A stretch of 64,000 nucleotides of DNA from an uncultured cyanobacterium (GTDB lineage Bacteria > Cyanobacteriota > Cyanobacteriia > Cyanobacteriales > CAWUOF01), in NCBI GenBank assembly GCA_963744145.1, contig CAVUSO010000001.1, positions 6,752,001 through 6,816,000 on the forward strand. Direction: 5' to 3'. The position numbers were made by a program, and so were the translations under genes. Positions within the stretch are counted from its first letter, which is position 1. Each line of letters opens with the position of its first letter. The notes beneath the pieces are model-generated. The model did not search any database and was not told the origin of the DNA. It worked only from the letters and a program-made list of their open reading frames with translations. Of the stretch, positions 30,130-40,941 are shown piece by piece.

Positions 30130-30591
30130 ATGGTGAAAATTTCCGCTTTAGGGTTAGATATAGGCTCGAAAAGGATTGGAGTGGCTGGTTGTGATGGCAC
30201 TGGTTTAATTGCCAGTGGTGTGACTACAATCGAACATAGATCCTTTGGGCAAACCGTAGCTCAATTAGAAAAAATTGTGCAAGAGCGTCAAGTCCAAGTT
30301 TTGGTAGTGGGATTACCCTATACCCTGACAGGTGAGATCGGCTCCCAAGCTCGAAAAGTCCAAAAATTTGCCAATTATCTGGCTCAAGCATTAAAATTAC
30401 CACTTGAGTATATAGATGAACGATTAACTTCCTTTCAAGCCCAGGAACTGATGAAAGCGGCCAAAATTTCTCCTTCACGTCATAAAGAGATGATTGACCG
30501 AAAAGCAGCAGCTTTGATTTTACAGCAGTGGTTAGATACCCGTCGAGAAATTAGGACAAAAGAGTCTCGTTCTGAGCCATTATGGCCCTAA
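30130..30591 (+). CDS. ruvX: RuvX/YqgF pre-16S rRNA nuclease
   Basis: LGLDIGSKRIGVA, VVGLP, DERLTS, IDRKAA. Confidence 0.95.
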   Translation: MVKISALGLDIGSKRIGVAGCDGTGLIASGVTTIEHRSFGQTVAQLEKIVQERQVQVLVVGLPYTLTGEIGSQARKVQKFANYLAQALKLPLEYIDERLTSFQAQELMKAAKISPSRHKEMIDRKAAALILQQWLDTRREIRTKESRSEPLWP

Positions 30592-30693
30592 GATGAGCAA
30601 TATCGGTAAATATATTTTTCCAAACTATGTAAAATCCTTGCAGAATTGAAGTAGGATTGCCAAGTTAAGCATGGATGGTAAATAACCAAACAG

Positions 30694-31266
30694 ATGGATA
30701 AACAGGACATGAAACGGGATGCGCCGATAGTAACCTTGAAAGATGAAGCAGGGCTCAGTTTAAGTTGTTATATCGAACATTCCTTAGAGGTAGAAGGCAA
30801 AGAATACGTTCTACTACTTCCGGTTGACGCAACAGTAGAAATTTTTGCCTGGGATGTTGATGAGGAAACTCAATCAGATGATGAAGTTTTAGTAGATCTG
30901 GAAGATGAAGAGCTAAATGAAATTTTTCCAACTGCACGCGCTGTTTTAGAAGAACAAAATCTAGCTTTGCATCATACCGCCTTGACCCTAACGGTTACTG
31001 GGGAAATTCCTGAACATGACGAAGAAGATATCCTCACTTTAGACATAAATGATGATGATGATGATGATGAACGAGAACCAGAACAATTTCAGTTGCTGGC
31101 AAATTTTTATCATAAAGATCGGGAATATGCTATCTATACCCCTTTAGATCCATTACTCTTCTTTGCTCAAATGAATGAATTAGGGCAACCCGAATTACTT
31201 TCGCCAGAAGAATTTCAAAAAATCCGACCGACGCTAGAAGATCGGCTCTTTGATGAAATGGACTAG
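30694..31266 (+). CDS. DUF3727/DUF1292-like acidic protein
   Basis: CYIEHSLEV..EYVLLLPVD, YAIYTPLDP; position between ruvX and mltG. Confidence 0.8.
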   Translation: MDKQDMKRDAPIVTLKDEAGLSLSCYIEHSLEVEGKEYVLLLPVDATVEIFAWDVDEETQSDDEVLVDLEDEELNEIFPTARAVLEEQNLALHHTALTLTVTGEIPEHDEEDILTLDINDDDDDDEREPEQFQLLANFYHKDREYAIYTPLDPLLFFAQMNELGQPELLSPEEFQKIRPTLEDRLFDEMD

Positions 31267-31382
31267 GCAGAACTTATTCATTATTCATTGTTCATTGTTC
31301 GCTGTTGATGGTAGTTACCTCCATGAACTTGGAACAATGAACTCCGAATGATGCAATCAGTAGGCTGGATTGATGACCAAAT

Positions 31383-32450
31383 ATGAATCGTATTTCTAAG
31401 TGGTTGTTTTATTTAATTTTATGTTCACTCTTGCTGGGAATTAGTACCTGGCAAGGATGGGCTTGGTGGAGTTGGGCGAGTGCGCCGATTTTGGCAACAT
31501 CAACAGCAACCCCCAATTTGACCAAAGCTGTGGAAATTAAAATTCCCCAGGGAACTTCGGCCCAGCAAATTGGTAGAGATTTAGAAACTGTTGGTTTAAT
31601 TCGTTCGAGTTTTGCATGGAATTTGTGGGCGAGATGGTTAGCCATTAAAGATACTCAGGGAGGTTTTAAAGCAGGTACTTATCAGTTATCCCCCAATCAA
31701 TCACTTGATGCGATCGCGAGGAAAATTTGGCTGGGTGATGTGGTGCAAACCAGTTTTACGATCCCAGAAGGATGGTCACTGCGAGAAATGGCTGCTTATT
31801 TCGAGTCTTTGGGCTTTTTTAAAGCTGATGAATTTATTGCAGTAGCTAGTCAAGTCCCTCAAGCTCAATTTCCTTGGTTGCCCGCTGGTTTGCCTCATTT
31901 AGAAGGCTTTTTATTTCCCGATACTTATCAGCTTGTGAGTACCCAAATTACACCTCAAGCTGTGGTCAAACAAATGTTAGAACGGTTTGAACAAGTGGCT
32001 TTACCTTTGTATCTCAAAGGTCAGAATCAAACTCGGCTGAATTTACAACAGTGGGTAACTTTGGCGAGTATTGTGGAAAAAGAAGCGGTAGAAGCGAAGG
32101 AACGTCCAAAAATTGCCGGGGTGTTTGTGCGACGTTTACAGGAAGGAATTGCTTTAGGTGCCGATCCTACGGTTGAATATGGTTTAGGACTTAAACAAAC
32201 TCCTGATCAACCTCTGACGACAGAGCAAGTGAAAACTCCTTCGCCTTATAATACTTATATAAATGTGGGTTTGACACCGACACCGATCGCGAGTCCCGGA
32301 CTTGCTAGTTTGGAAGCAACTCTCTATCCAGAAAAAACCGATTATCTTTATTTTGTAGCCCGTTATGATGGGACTCATGTATTTAGTCGGACTCTGGCAG
32401 AACATGAGGCGGCTCAAGCTAAAATTCAAGATGATCGCAAATCCCATTGA
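31383..32450 (+). CDS. mltG: Endolytic transglycosylase MltG
   Basis: TIPEG, LEGFLFPDTY, LASIVEKE, SPYNTY. Confidence 0.95.
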   Translation: MNRISKWLFYLILCSLLLGISTWQGWAWWSWASAPILATSTATPNLTKAVEIKIPQGTSAQQIGRDLETVGLIRSSFAWNLWARWLAIKDTQGGFKAGTYQLSPNQSLDAIARKIWLGDVVQTSFTIPEGWSLREMAAYFESLGFFKADEFIAVASQVPQAQFPWLPAGLPHLEGFLFPDTYQLVSTQITPQAVVKQMLERFEQVALPLYLKGQNQTRLNLQQWVTLASIVEKEAVEAKERPKIAGVFVRRLQEGIALGADPTVEYGLGLKQTPDQPLTTEQVKTPSPYNTYINVGLTPTPIASPGLASLEATLYPEKTDYLYFVARYDGTHVFSRTLAEHEAAQAKIQDDRKSH

Positions 32451-32493
32451 GCTGGCGATCGCCGGGTCAGATTATTTGTCAATAGGATAATTT

Positions 32494-32949
32494 ATGGGTC
32501 GGTTATGGCAATTTGTCCAAACTGTGATGGGGATAATTTTTCGACATCCGCTCACAGGTACTAGTATCATTCCGATTTTACCAGATGGTCAAATTGTGTT
32601 GATTCGTCGTCGAGATAATGGTCTCTGGGGATTACCAGGAGGAATGGTGGAATGGGGTGAAGATGTGACTACCTCAGTCCAGCGCGAATTAACAGAAGAA
32701 ACTGGTTTAGAATTGGTGAAAATTCGGCGGTTAGTGGGAGTTTATTCTGCACCCGATCGCGATCCGAGAATTCATTCTATTTGTATCGTGGTAGAGGTGG
32801 AAGCTCAAGGGGAAATGCAGGTGCAGGATACCCTGGAGATTATGGAAGTTCAAGCTTTTCCTCCCCATTTGTTACCCCAAGGTCAATTATCCCATGACCA
32901 TGATCAACAATTGCAAAATTATCTCAATGGGTTGACTACTCTGGCATAA
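32494..32949 (+). CDS. NUDIX hydrolase
   Basis: PGGMVEWGE....RELTEETGL Nudix box. Confidence 0.92.
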   Translation: MGRLWQFVQTVMGIIFRHPLTGTSIIPILPDGQIVLIRRRDNGLWGLPGGMVEWGEDVTTSVQRELTEETGLELVKIRRLVGVYSAPDRDPRIHSICIVVEVEAQGEMQVQDTLEIMEVQAFPPHLLPQGQLSHDHDQQLQNYLNGLTTLA

Positions 32950-32997
32950 TCTGACATGGATGATTTTATCTCTAACCGTTCCTAATTTGCCAATCGG

Positions 32998-33810
32998 ATG
33001 TCTCTCATACTAAGCAATTCTCGGGTTAAACTGTCTCAAGGTTCTATTTTCTGGCACGAAATTGGTCAAGGTCCGACCCTAATATTTTTACACGGTTCTT
33101 GGCAGCATAGTGAGCAATGGATGTCTGTGATTACCAGTTTAAGTCCAGATTATCATTGCTTCGCACCAGATTTACTTGGTTTTGGCGAATCTGACCAACC
33201 TAATATTCATTATTCGGTTGAGTTAGAAGCAGAATCAATTGCGGAGTTGATTGAATTTGTAAAATTACCCTCGGTGTATTTAGTTGGTCATTCTTTGGGA
33301 GGATGGATCGCTACTAATTATGCTCTCAAACATTTAGACAAAGTTCGAGGTTTAATTTTAATCTCTCCGGAGGGTGTAGAAGCTCAAGGGAGTAAGAATT
33401 CTTGGGGATGGGCAAAATTATTTTTGGGTTTACCCCCAATTGTGTTTAAATTCTTCAGAAAAGTTTATCCTGTTTTGAAATTGATTGGATTAAGTAAACA
33501 AATAGATCAAGTGCTTTTACTAGCAGAAACACCTGTTGCTTGTCAATTGTTATTTAAACGTCGTCGTGCAGAAATTAAAGCAGAGTTGTTGAATGACCGT
33601 TTACAGGAGTTGACTATTCCCAGTTTAATTTTGCAAGGACAAAAAGATCGAACAGATGCGATCGCGATGAGTCAAACTTATAGTCATTTATTACCAAAAG
33701 CTCATTTAGAAATTATCCCTTTAGCTGAACATAATTTACCCGAAGAACAACCTGATGTGGTGGTGCAGTATATTCGTAATTTTTGCCAAAGAATTGAAAA
33801 TAAAACGTAA
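32998..33810 (+). CDS. Alpha/beta fold hydrolase
   Basis: FLHG, PDLLGFGES, GHSLGG. Confidence 0.92.
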   Translation: MSLILSNSRVKLSQGSIFWHEIGQGPTLIFLHGSWQHSEQWMSVITSLSPDYHCFAPDLLGFGESDQPNIHYSVELEAESIAELIEFVKLPSVYLVGHSLGGWIATNYALKHLDKVRGLILISPEGVEAQGSKNSWGWAKLFLGLPPIVFKFFRKVYPVLKLIGLSKQIDQVLLLAETPVACQLLFKRRRAEIKAELLNDRLQELTIPSLILQGQKDRTDAIAMSQTYSHLLPKAHLEIIPLAEHNLPEEQPDVVVQYIRNFCQRIENKT

Positions 33811-33815
33811 TCAAA

Positions 33816-35036
33816 ATGCTTTCGTTCCTACAAAGAATCAGTCAGAATTTTATCCACAAATCAACTTATCTTCGGCAAACACCTCTGAACCGAGTGAGTC
33901 TGGTTATTCTCATTCTCATTGATATCTTTGTTCTAATTAATGTTTTTAGCGGTTTAAATAGTATTGCGGATTTTCCCCTAAATCCTACTGAAGAATTTCC
34001 TTGTTTTTCAGCTTATGAAACCTATCAAACAGCTAAGGATAAAGGAACTTTTGCCTATAATGTTAGCACGATTGAAAATTTGATTCAGTTAAATATATCT
34101 CCCAGTTCTTTTGTTGATCATACACCAAGATTGGGTCAGATTTCCAATTTATGTGCAAATTATCAGCGATCGTCTCAGGGAATTAAAACTCCTGAAACTG
34201 TCAAATTACAATCTCAAGTTGAGAGTTTAAGAAAAGAAATTTCTGCCCTAAAAGGAAATAATCAAACCTTAGAAAGTCAGTATAATTCTACTTTATTAGA
34301 AAAAATAGCAGGTCAAGCTCCAGAAAAATCAATCAATCAAGTAAGAGCAGAGCAAGTTAAAGCAAAAATTGACAATAATAAAACCCAAATTGCCAATAAA
34401 GAAAAACAAATCACCGAACAACAAACTAAATTACTAGAATATCCAAATATTCAGGATTATTTAAAGTTGCTCAATAATAATGCTGAATATGAAGTAATCA
34501 AAAAATCTTATGATTCAGCCGAATTTTGGTATCCAAATAAGATCCTACTCTTACAAACTTTATTTCTGTTACCATTAATTATTATCTCCTACTTTTGGCA
34601 TACTATATCAATTAGCAAAAATTATGGATTACCAGCTTTACTGGCTTGGCATTTACTTTTAATATTTTGTTTACCTTTATTGATTAAAGTTTTTGAATTT
34701 CTGCAATTTGGGAATCTATTTGCGATCGTAATTGAATGGATTGTCAAAATTTTCGGTGGGTTAAGATTTATTGCGAGTTATGCGTTGATTGTAGTAATTC
34801 CTTTGGTGGGATTAGGTTTAATTAAAGTTTTGCAAGTCTGGTTATTTAATCACCGAGTTCAAGCAAAAAAGAGGATTGCTAAAGTTCGTTGTATTAATTG
34901 TAACTATCAACTACGTTTAAGTGATGAATTTTGCTCGTCTTGTGGGTTTAATCAGTATGTAGATTGCCCAAATTGTCATCAGAAAACCTATCAGCTTAGT
35001 AATTATTGTCGTCACTGTGGTCATAAAATCGAGTAA
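33816..35036 (+). CDS. Membrane protein with coiled coil and C-terminal double zinc ribbon
   Basis: TM segments, heptad region, four CxxC motifs at the C-terminus. Confidence 0.8.
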   Translation: MLSFLQRISQNFIHKSTYLRQTPLNRVSLVILILIDIFVLINVFSGLNSIADFPLNPTEEFPCFSAYETYQTAKDKGTFAYNVSTIENLIQLNISPSSFVDHTPRLGQISNLCANYQRSSQGIKTPETVKLQSQVESLRKEISALKGNNQTLESQYNSTLLEKIAGQAPEKSINQVRAEQVKAKIDNNKTQIANKEKQITEQQTKLLEYPNIQDYLKLLNNNAEYEVIKKSYDSAEFWYPNKILLLQTLFLLPLIIISYFWHTISISKNYGLPALLAWHLLLIFCLPLLIKVFEFLQFGNLFAIVIEWIVKIFGGLRFIASYALIVVIPLVGLGLIKVLQVWLFNHRVQAKKRIAKVRCINCNYQLRLSDEFCSSCGFNQYVDCPNCHQKTYQLSNYCRHCGHKIE

Positions 35037-35080
35037 GATAGTTTTTGCTCTAACTTTCTAAATCAACCCAAACCAATTCT

Positions 35081-35933
35081 ATGAAATTAAAAAAATCAGC
35101 TCCAGTATGGGTTCATACTAACTTGTTTAAGTTTTTAGCTTGCCTTTTACTTGTCTTATTCACTGGATCTTGGACGCTAGCTAATGAAGTATCCCCGAGT
35201 ATAGAGGTTGATGATATTACAATTCAAAGAATAGTCAATAGTAATCATCGGTCTGAACAGAATCGGAGTCGAGACAAGTATCGTCATCCGGTTGAGACCC
35301 TAGAATTTTTTGGATTGCACTCAGATATGACTGTAGTTGAACTCTGGTCCAGGGAATGGTTGGTATACGGAAATTCTTGCCCCATTTCTAGCCTCAAAAG
35401 GACAGCTAATTGTCACTAACTTTGATCCCACAAAAAACAAGCGAGCTCAAGATTTTCAAGCAAAATTAACCGGTAATCCAGAAATTTTTGGTAAGGTGAA
35501 AGTTGTTGAAATTAATCCTCCCAATCAAATAAATCTCGCTCCAGATAATTCTGTGGATATGGTTCTAACTTTCCGTAATATTCATAACTGGGTTATGGCG
35601 GGTTATGAAAAGCAGGTTTATGCTGCGATTTATAAAGCTTTGAAACCAGGAGGAATATTGGGGATAGAAGAACATCGTGCTAAAGATAATTCTGTGCTAG
35701 ACGATGGTAAAACTGGTTATATTTCGGAATCTGGGTTGATTAATACTCTCTCAAATATGAAATTCAAGTTGGTGAGCAAATCAGAAATTAATGCTAATCC
35801 TAAGGATACTAAGGATTATCCAGGAGGTGTCTGGACTCTGCCCCCAGTTTTAAGTCAAGGTAATCAGAATCGACAGCACTATTTGGATATTGGAGAGAGC
35901 GATCGCATGACACTAAAATTTGTCAAGTCTTAA
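35081..35933 (+). CDS. Predicted exported SAM-dependent methyltransferase, +1 frameshift near 35348
   Basis: RDKYRHPVETLEFFG...VVELW|PGNGWYT, LTFRNIHNW, LKPGG, IGESDR. Confidence 0.85.
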
Positions 35934-36125
35934 GTTGTTTATTCTGGTCATAAAAAGTATCCCATCAGCGATCGCTGTAAATATCTCTGAACTTACTGTG
36001 GACTATTCGATGTGAATGAGATAACATGAAATTTCATGACTATTCTAGGGAGAGTTAAACTCTGTCCACAGAATCTCAAGCTCACGAGAGGGTCAAAATA
36101 TTCCTAATTGAGCAGAGGAACTTAA

Positions 36126-37406
36126 ATGGCAAAAATAGAAGGATTTAGGGTAATAAATTACCGATCGCTGCGGGATATTACTATGGGAAAACTACCGAAT
36201 ACACAGCAGGGCAAACCCCTAACTCCAATGACAGCAGTTATCGGTAAAAATGGTGTGGGAAAAAGTACACTTTTCGATACTTTTGGCTTTCTAGCAGATT
36301 GCTTGAAAACCGGAGTAGAAGAAGCCTGTGATTTGCATGGACGTGGAGGTTTCGAGAGAATTAGATCACAAGGACAAAAGGGTTGTATAGAGTTTCAGAT
36401 TTACTATAAAGAAGATCATAATACTCGACCAATTAGCTATGAGTTGGCAATAGATATTGACAATGATGGCAGACCTTATGTAAAACGAGAGAGACTTAGA
36501 CAAGCTAGAAAAGGACAAACGAGAGGGCGATTATTTTATTTTTTGATTTTAAACGAAGGTCAAGGTATAGCATGGAAGGGTGAAGAGGGAGGTAAGGATT
36601 TTGATGAAGATAAAGGAGAATTTAATCTAATTAATTTAATTAAAAAAATTCAGCAAAAGGAGAGTAAAGAAACTGAGTTAGTTGAACTTGACGATAAGCG
36701 AAAACTTGGAATTGCAACTTTAGGAGCTCTTAAACAACACCCAAGAATTTCCGCATTTCGGAGATTTATTGAAGGATGGTATCTCAGCTACTTTACACCG
36801 GATGCTGCAAGAAGTTTACCTCTAGCTGGACCTCAAAAACATCTGAATATTCATGGAGATAATCTGGGAAATGTAGTTCAGTTTATGGAGAGAGAGCATT
36901 CCGATAATTTTAAATCTATTCTGCAAAAAATCTCTAGTAAAATTCCAGGTGTGGAAAGTATTAGCACTGAAAGAAGTTCAGATGGTAGACTTTTACTTCG
37001 ATTCAATGATAAAGGTTTTCAAGACCCATTTTATGCTCAACAAATGTCAGACGGAACCCTAAAAATGTTTGCCTATCTTTTGCTTTTAGAAGATCCTTCA
37101 CCACCACCATTTTTGTGTATTGAAGAACCAGAAAATGGACTTTACCATAAACTTTTAGAAACTCTGGCGCAAGAATTTCGAGAACAAGCTACAGGTCGAA
37201 AAAATGGTTCGCAAGTATTTGTTACAACACATCAACCTTATTTTGTAGATGCTCTTGATCCTGAAGAGGTTTGGGTACTTGAGAAGGGAGAGGATGGTTT
37301 TTCTACAATCAGACGATCTAGCGAAGATCCTCTGATTAGTAATCTTGTTGCTGAAGGATTACCCCTTGGTGGACTTTGGTACAGTGACTACTTGGATAAA
37401 AGGTGA
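36126..37406 (+). CDS. AAA_21/AAA_15-type ABC ATPase
   Basis: GKNGVGKS, MSDGT, CIEEPENG, VTTHQP. Confidence 0.9.
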   Translation: MAKIEGFRVINYRSLRDITMGKLPNTQQGKPLTPMTAVIGKNGVGKSTLFDTFGFLADCLKTGVEEACDLHGRGGFERIRSQGQKGCIEFQIYYKEDHNTRPISYELAIDIDNDGRPYVKRERLRQARKGQTRGRLFYFLILNEGQGIAWKGEEGGKDFDEDKGEFNLINLIKKIQQKESKETELVELDDKRKLGIATLGALKQHPRISAFRRFIEGWYLSYFTPDAARSLPLAGPQKHLNIHGDNLGNVVQFMEREHSDNFKSILQKISSKIPGVESISTERSSDGRLLLRFNDKGFQDPFYAQQMSDGTLKMFAYLLLLEDPSPPPFLCIEEPENGLYHKLLETLAQEFREQATGRKNGSQVFVTTHQPYFVDALDPEEVWVLEKGEDGFSTIRRSSEDPLISNLVAEGLPLGGLWYSDYLDKR

Positions 37407-37410
37407 ATAA

Positions 37411-38079
37411 ATGCACTTTGAGATACTTGTCGAAGATATTTCTGGAAAGACTGCTCTTGAAATTCTTGTACCTAAGATTATTAACGTTGAACAACACACA
37501 TTTAAGATCCATTCTTACAAAGGAATTGGGCGTATTCCTAAAGATTTAAAATCTCCTTCTGAGGCTAAAAAAAGAATTTTGCTAGATCGACTTCCCGAGC
37601 TTGTTAAAGGTTACGGTAAAACATTCTCTCGATATCCTCCTAACTGTCCTGCTGTGCTGATTGTTATTTGCGATCTTGATGATCAATGTCTCAGTAATTT
37701 TCGTAAAGAACTACTCGAACTTGTGCAAAAGTGTAATTCTAAACCAAAGACACAATTTTGCATCGCGATCGAGGAAGGTGAATCATGGTATTTAGGCGAT
37801 GTAGCAGCAATAAAGGCAGCTTATCCAAAAGTAAAGGAAGCCGTTATAAATTCCTATAAAAATGATAGTATCTGTGGTACTTGGGAAAAGTTAGCTGAGG
37901 CGGTGTTTTCTGGTGGAGCTAAAAAATTGTCTGAAGCAGGTGGGCAAGCAATTGGTTTAGAAAAGACTAATTGGGCTAAGAATATACCTCCTTGGATGGA
38001 CGTGGAAAATAATTTGTCACCGAGCTTCTGCTATTTTCGAGACAAACTTCGAGACTTAAGCGATCGCTGTTATGATTAA
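37411..38079 (+). CDS. DUF4276-like (TOPRIM-like) partner of the ATPase
   Basis: EILVED.S, VICDLD, IEEGESWYLGD, N.SPSF; starts 4 bp after the ATPase stop. Confidence 0.75.
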   Translation: MHFEILVEDISGKTALEILVPKIINVEQHTFKIHSYKGIGRIPKDLKSPSEAKKRILLDRLPELVKGYGKTFSRYPPNCPAVLIVICDLDDQCLSNFRKELLELVQKCNSKPKTQFCIAIEEGESWYLGDVAAIKAAYPKVKEAVINSYKNDSICGTWEKLAEAVFSGGAKKLSEAGGQAIGLEKTNWAKNIPPWMDVENNLSPSFCYFRDKLRDLSDRCYD

Positions 38080-38189
38080 TCTCTAGTAGCTATCAAAATT
38101 GGTTAAATAGTAGCAAGGCGATCGCCAACAATTAAGATTAATTCTTGCCATAATAATTCGATAATTTCTAAATCTAAGGTAGAGAAAAT

Positions 38190-38936
38190 ATGCAAGTCCA
38201 ACTCAACCAAATAATCCTCCATCCTGGTCAGCAACTCTTGATGAAGAATGTCAGTTGGCAAATGTATGAACAACTGCTAGAGGAGTTCGGTGAAAAACGC
38301 GGAAGTCGAATTAATTATAGTCAGGGAGTTTTAGAAGTTATGGTGCCTCTACCCGAGCATGAAGATGATAAAGTTATTATTAGCAACTTGGTGGAAATTT
38401 TGCTAGAAGGACTAGAGATTGAGTTCAGGAATCTCGCTTCTACCACTTTTAAAAATGAAACTATGAACCAAGGTCTAGAAGCGGATAGCTGTTTTTATAT
38501 TGAAAACGAAGCAGCAGTTAGGGGGAAACTTGTGTTGAGCGTTTGTCCTGAGTGTTCCCTGAGCGCGTGCCCTGAGCGAAGTCGAAGGGTAGTCGAAGGG
38601 CGGAGTCGAAGGGTAGTCGAAACAAAGCGGATTGATTTAACTGTAGATCCACCGCCAGATTTAGCGATTGAAATTGATATCACTTCCCGCACGCATTTTA
38701 ACAATTATGAAGCGTTAGGAGTCAGAGAACTATGGCGCTTTAATGAGACAAAATTAGAAATTAATGTATTACAATCTGGTCAATATATTCAGGTAAATGA
38801 AAGTCCTCATTTTCCAGGATTTCCTCTGATTGAGGTAATTCCTAAATATTTAGAATGTAGTAAAATTGAGGGCAGAAATAAAACAATGAAAGCTTTTCGT
38901 ATTTGGGTGAATGGGCAGAAAATGCAAATTGAATAA
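38190..38936 (+). CDS. Uma2 family putative endonuclease with a 32-aa in-frame repeat insertion
   Basis: VSWQMYE, LEADSCFYI, PPDLAIEIDITS, YEALGVRELW. Confidence 0.9.
   Translation: MQVQLNQIILHPGQQLLMKNVSWQMYEQLLEEFGEKRGSRINYSQGVLEVMVPLPEHEDDKVIISNLVEILLEGLEIEFRNLASTTFKNETMNQGLEADSCFYIENEAAVRGKLVLSVCPECSLSACPERSRRVVEGRSRRVVETKRIDLTVDPPPDLAIEIDITSRTHFNNYEALGVRELWRFNETKLEINVLQSGQYIQVNESPHFPGFPLIEVIPKYLECSKIEGRNKTMKAFRIWVNGQKMQIE
38529..38624 (+). repeat. Four nested 24-bp small dispersed repeats (GAGCG.AGTCGA core)
   Basis: The 96-bp insert parses exactly into four 24-bp units, each inside the previous. Confidence 0.85.
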
Positions 38937-39180
38937 TACCAATTCACGCGCTTAAGATACATTAATAAGATTGATCTGTGGGGGAGGGTGGGTTTTGATG
39001 ATTAGTAGGTAAGTCTCAAAAATATCGGTGAACCCACCCCTACAGAAATCCGCAAATTGAGGGTAAAATTGGTAGGGGCAGGTTCACCAATCAATTCTGT
39101 CACCAACAGATAACTATGATAAACCTGCCCATAGCTAACAGATCAATCTCAGATTAAGTGCAATTTCATGGGTTATTGCA
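38936..39180. mobile_element. MITE-like element, homolog of 21557-21801
   Basis: Colinear similarity over about 245 bp. Confidence 0.8.
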
Positions 39181-39193
39181 ACGATCGATGGGA

Positions 39194-40627
39194 TTAAATT
39201 TCTGTCTTCTGTGCTTGATAGAGTTGTTTAAACCTACGCTGCTGCTGATTATGATCGACAATTGGAGCGGGATAATCTAAAGCTTGACGTTGTAATGGAG
39301 TAATATTTCCACTTAATAAAGAAAGAGTATCTAAACCAGCTAATTCAGGCAACCATTGACGGATATAATTAGCTTGAGGATCGAATTTCTGAGCTTGAGT
39401 TGCTGGGTTAAAAATTCGCAATGGTTTCGGGTCCATTCCACTCGAAGCACTCCATTGCCAACCTCCATTATTAGCAGCTAAATCCCCATCATATAGAGTT
39501 TGCATAAAATATTTTTCTCCCCATTGCCAGTTAATAATTAGGTCTTTGGTGAGAAAACTAGCAACAATCATTCGACAACGATTGTGCATCCATCCAGTTT
39601 GGTTTAATTGACGCATTGCTGCATCAATAATTGGATAACCGGTTTTTCCTGTACACCAAGCTTGAAAGTGTTCCTGATTATGATCCCAAGGAAAGTTTTG
39701 AAAAACTGTACGATAAGCACCATCAGCTAATTTTGGAAAATTATAAATAGCGTGTTGATAAAATTCTCTCCATGCTAATTCCTGTTGCCAAGTCTGAATA
39801 TTTTTACGTGATTCATCAGTAGAAGATTTGGTTAAAGCTTTACGAGTAGCATCCCAAACTGTACGAATTCCAATTGTGCCAAATTTGAGGGGCGCACTTA
39901 GTAATGATGTACCGTTAATCCCGGGAAAGTTACGTTGTTGATCATAATTATAGATCGCATTTTCACCAAATTCTTCTAACTTTATTTGTGCTGCTTTTTC
40001 TCCAGGTTCTACTAAGAATGGGTGTTCCCACACCAAACCTAAATCTTTTCCTGTCGGTAACGCGATCGCACCTGTTTGATGAGCTAGTTCTTGTTCAATT
40101 TCACTTAATCCTGTGAGCTGTTGGATCGGTTCTATTGGTGTTGTTTTACTATGACTAATCCAATTTTTCCAAAAGGGTGTATAAACTGTATAGGGTTGAT
40201 TAGCTCCACTGCGAATTGTCTCGGGTGGGTGTAAGAGTTGATCCCAAAAATTTTTGACTTCAATTCCGGCGGTTTTTAGAGCATCAGTAATTAAGCGATC
40301 GCGCTCTCGAGCATAAGGTTCGACATCAAAATTCCAGTAGACAGCTTGAGCATTGAGCGCGATCGCTAATTGGGGAATTGCGATTTGTGGATCATTGTAA
40401 AGAATCAACAATTGACTTCCGAGTCGAGCATAACTTTGTTGAAGTTCTTGTAAACAACCGAGCATATAAGCAACTCTTGCTGGTGCAACATCATCTTTTT
40501 TAAGAATATTTGGATCTAAACAAAAGACACCAGTAATTTTTGCTTTACCTTGATTTGCGGTTGCGATTCCACTCTGATCAGCAATCCGTAAATCACGTCG
40601 ATGCCAAAATAGAATTAGATTAGACAT
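39194..40627 (-). CDS. phrA: Deoxyribodipyrimidine photolyase (class I)
   Basis: [47 protein letters not shown]. Confidence 0.93.
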   Translation of the reverse strand: MSNLILFWHRRDLRIADQSGIATANQGKAKITGVFCLDPNILKKDDVAPARVAYMLGCLQELQQSYARLGSQLLILYNDPQIAIPQLAIALNAQAVYWNFDVEPYARERDRLITDALKTAGIEVKNFWDQLLHPPETIRSGANQPYTVYTPFWKNWISHSKTTPIEPIQQLTGLSEIEQELAHQTGAIALPTGKDLGLVWEHPFLVEPGEKAAQIKLEEFGENAIYNYDQQRNFPGINGTSLLSAPLKFGTIGIRTVWDATRKALTKSSTDESRKNIQTWQQELAWREFYQHAIYNFPKLADGAYRTVFQNFPWDHNQEHFQAWCTGKTGYPIIDAAMRQLNQTGWMHNRCRMIVASFLTKDLIINWQWGEKYFMQTLYDGDLAANNGGWQWSASSGMDPKPLRIFNPATQAQKFDPQANYIRQWLPELAGLDTLSLLSGNITPLQRQALDYPAPIVDHNQQQRRFKQLYQAQKTEI

Positions 40628-40941
40628 TGATTAATTTTGTTGTATTTACACTCACCAGTGTATTTGATTAAAGATTATAAATCAATCATCATCATTTTAG
40701 CTACTTTTATAGCAAATTTTATTTTTTCATCATTAGTTCTAATCTTAAAATTTTCAACAAAGTTTAACTTATCTTAACCTGTAAATATCGGGGTTAAGTT
40801 AAAATAGCAATGTCCACTCTTAATATCAACAAGCCCGACCATGATATTAGTAATATTACGGAGATGAGTTGATCTAAGTTTTTGGAAATCTAGATTAATA
40901 TTGAGAATTATTACTAATTTAGAAAAAAAACCAAGATTATT

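Noticed and set aside
31274..31345. Heptamer repeats TTATTCA/TTGTTCA with a partial inverted copy
   Set aside because: Ordinary short tandem repeats of filamentous cyanobacteria
35967..38070. 12-bp direct repeat AGCGATCGCTGT flanking the ATPase cassette as attachment sites
   Set aside because: Only 4 bp beyond the ubiquitous HIP1 octamer; cannot be separated from chance without an empty-site genome
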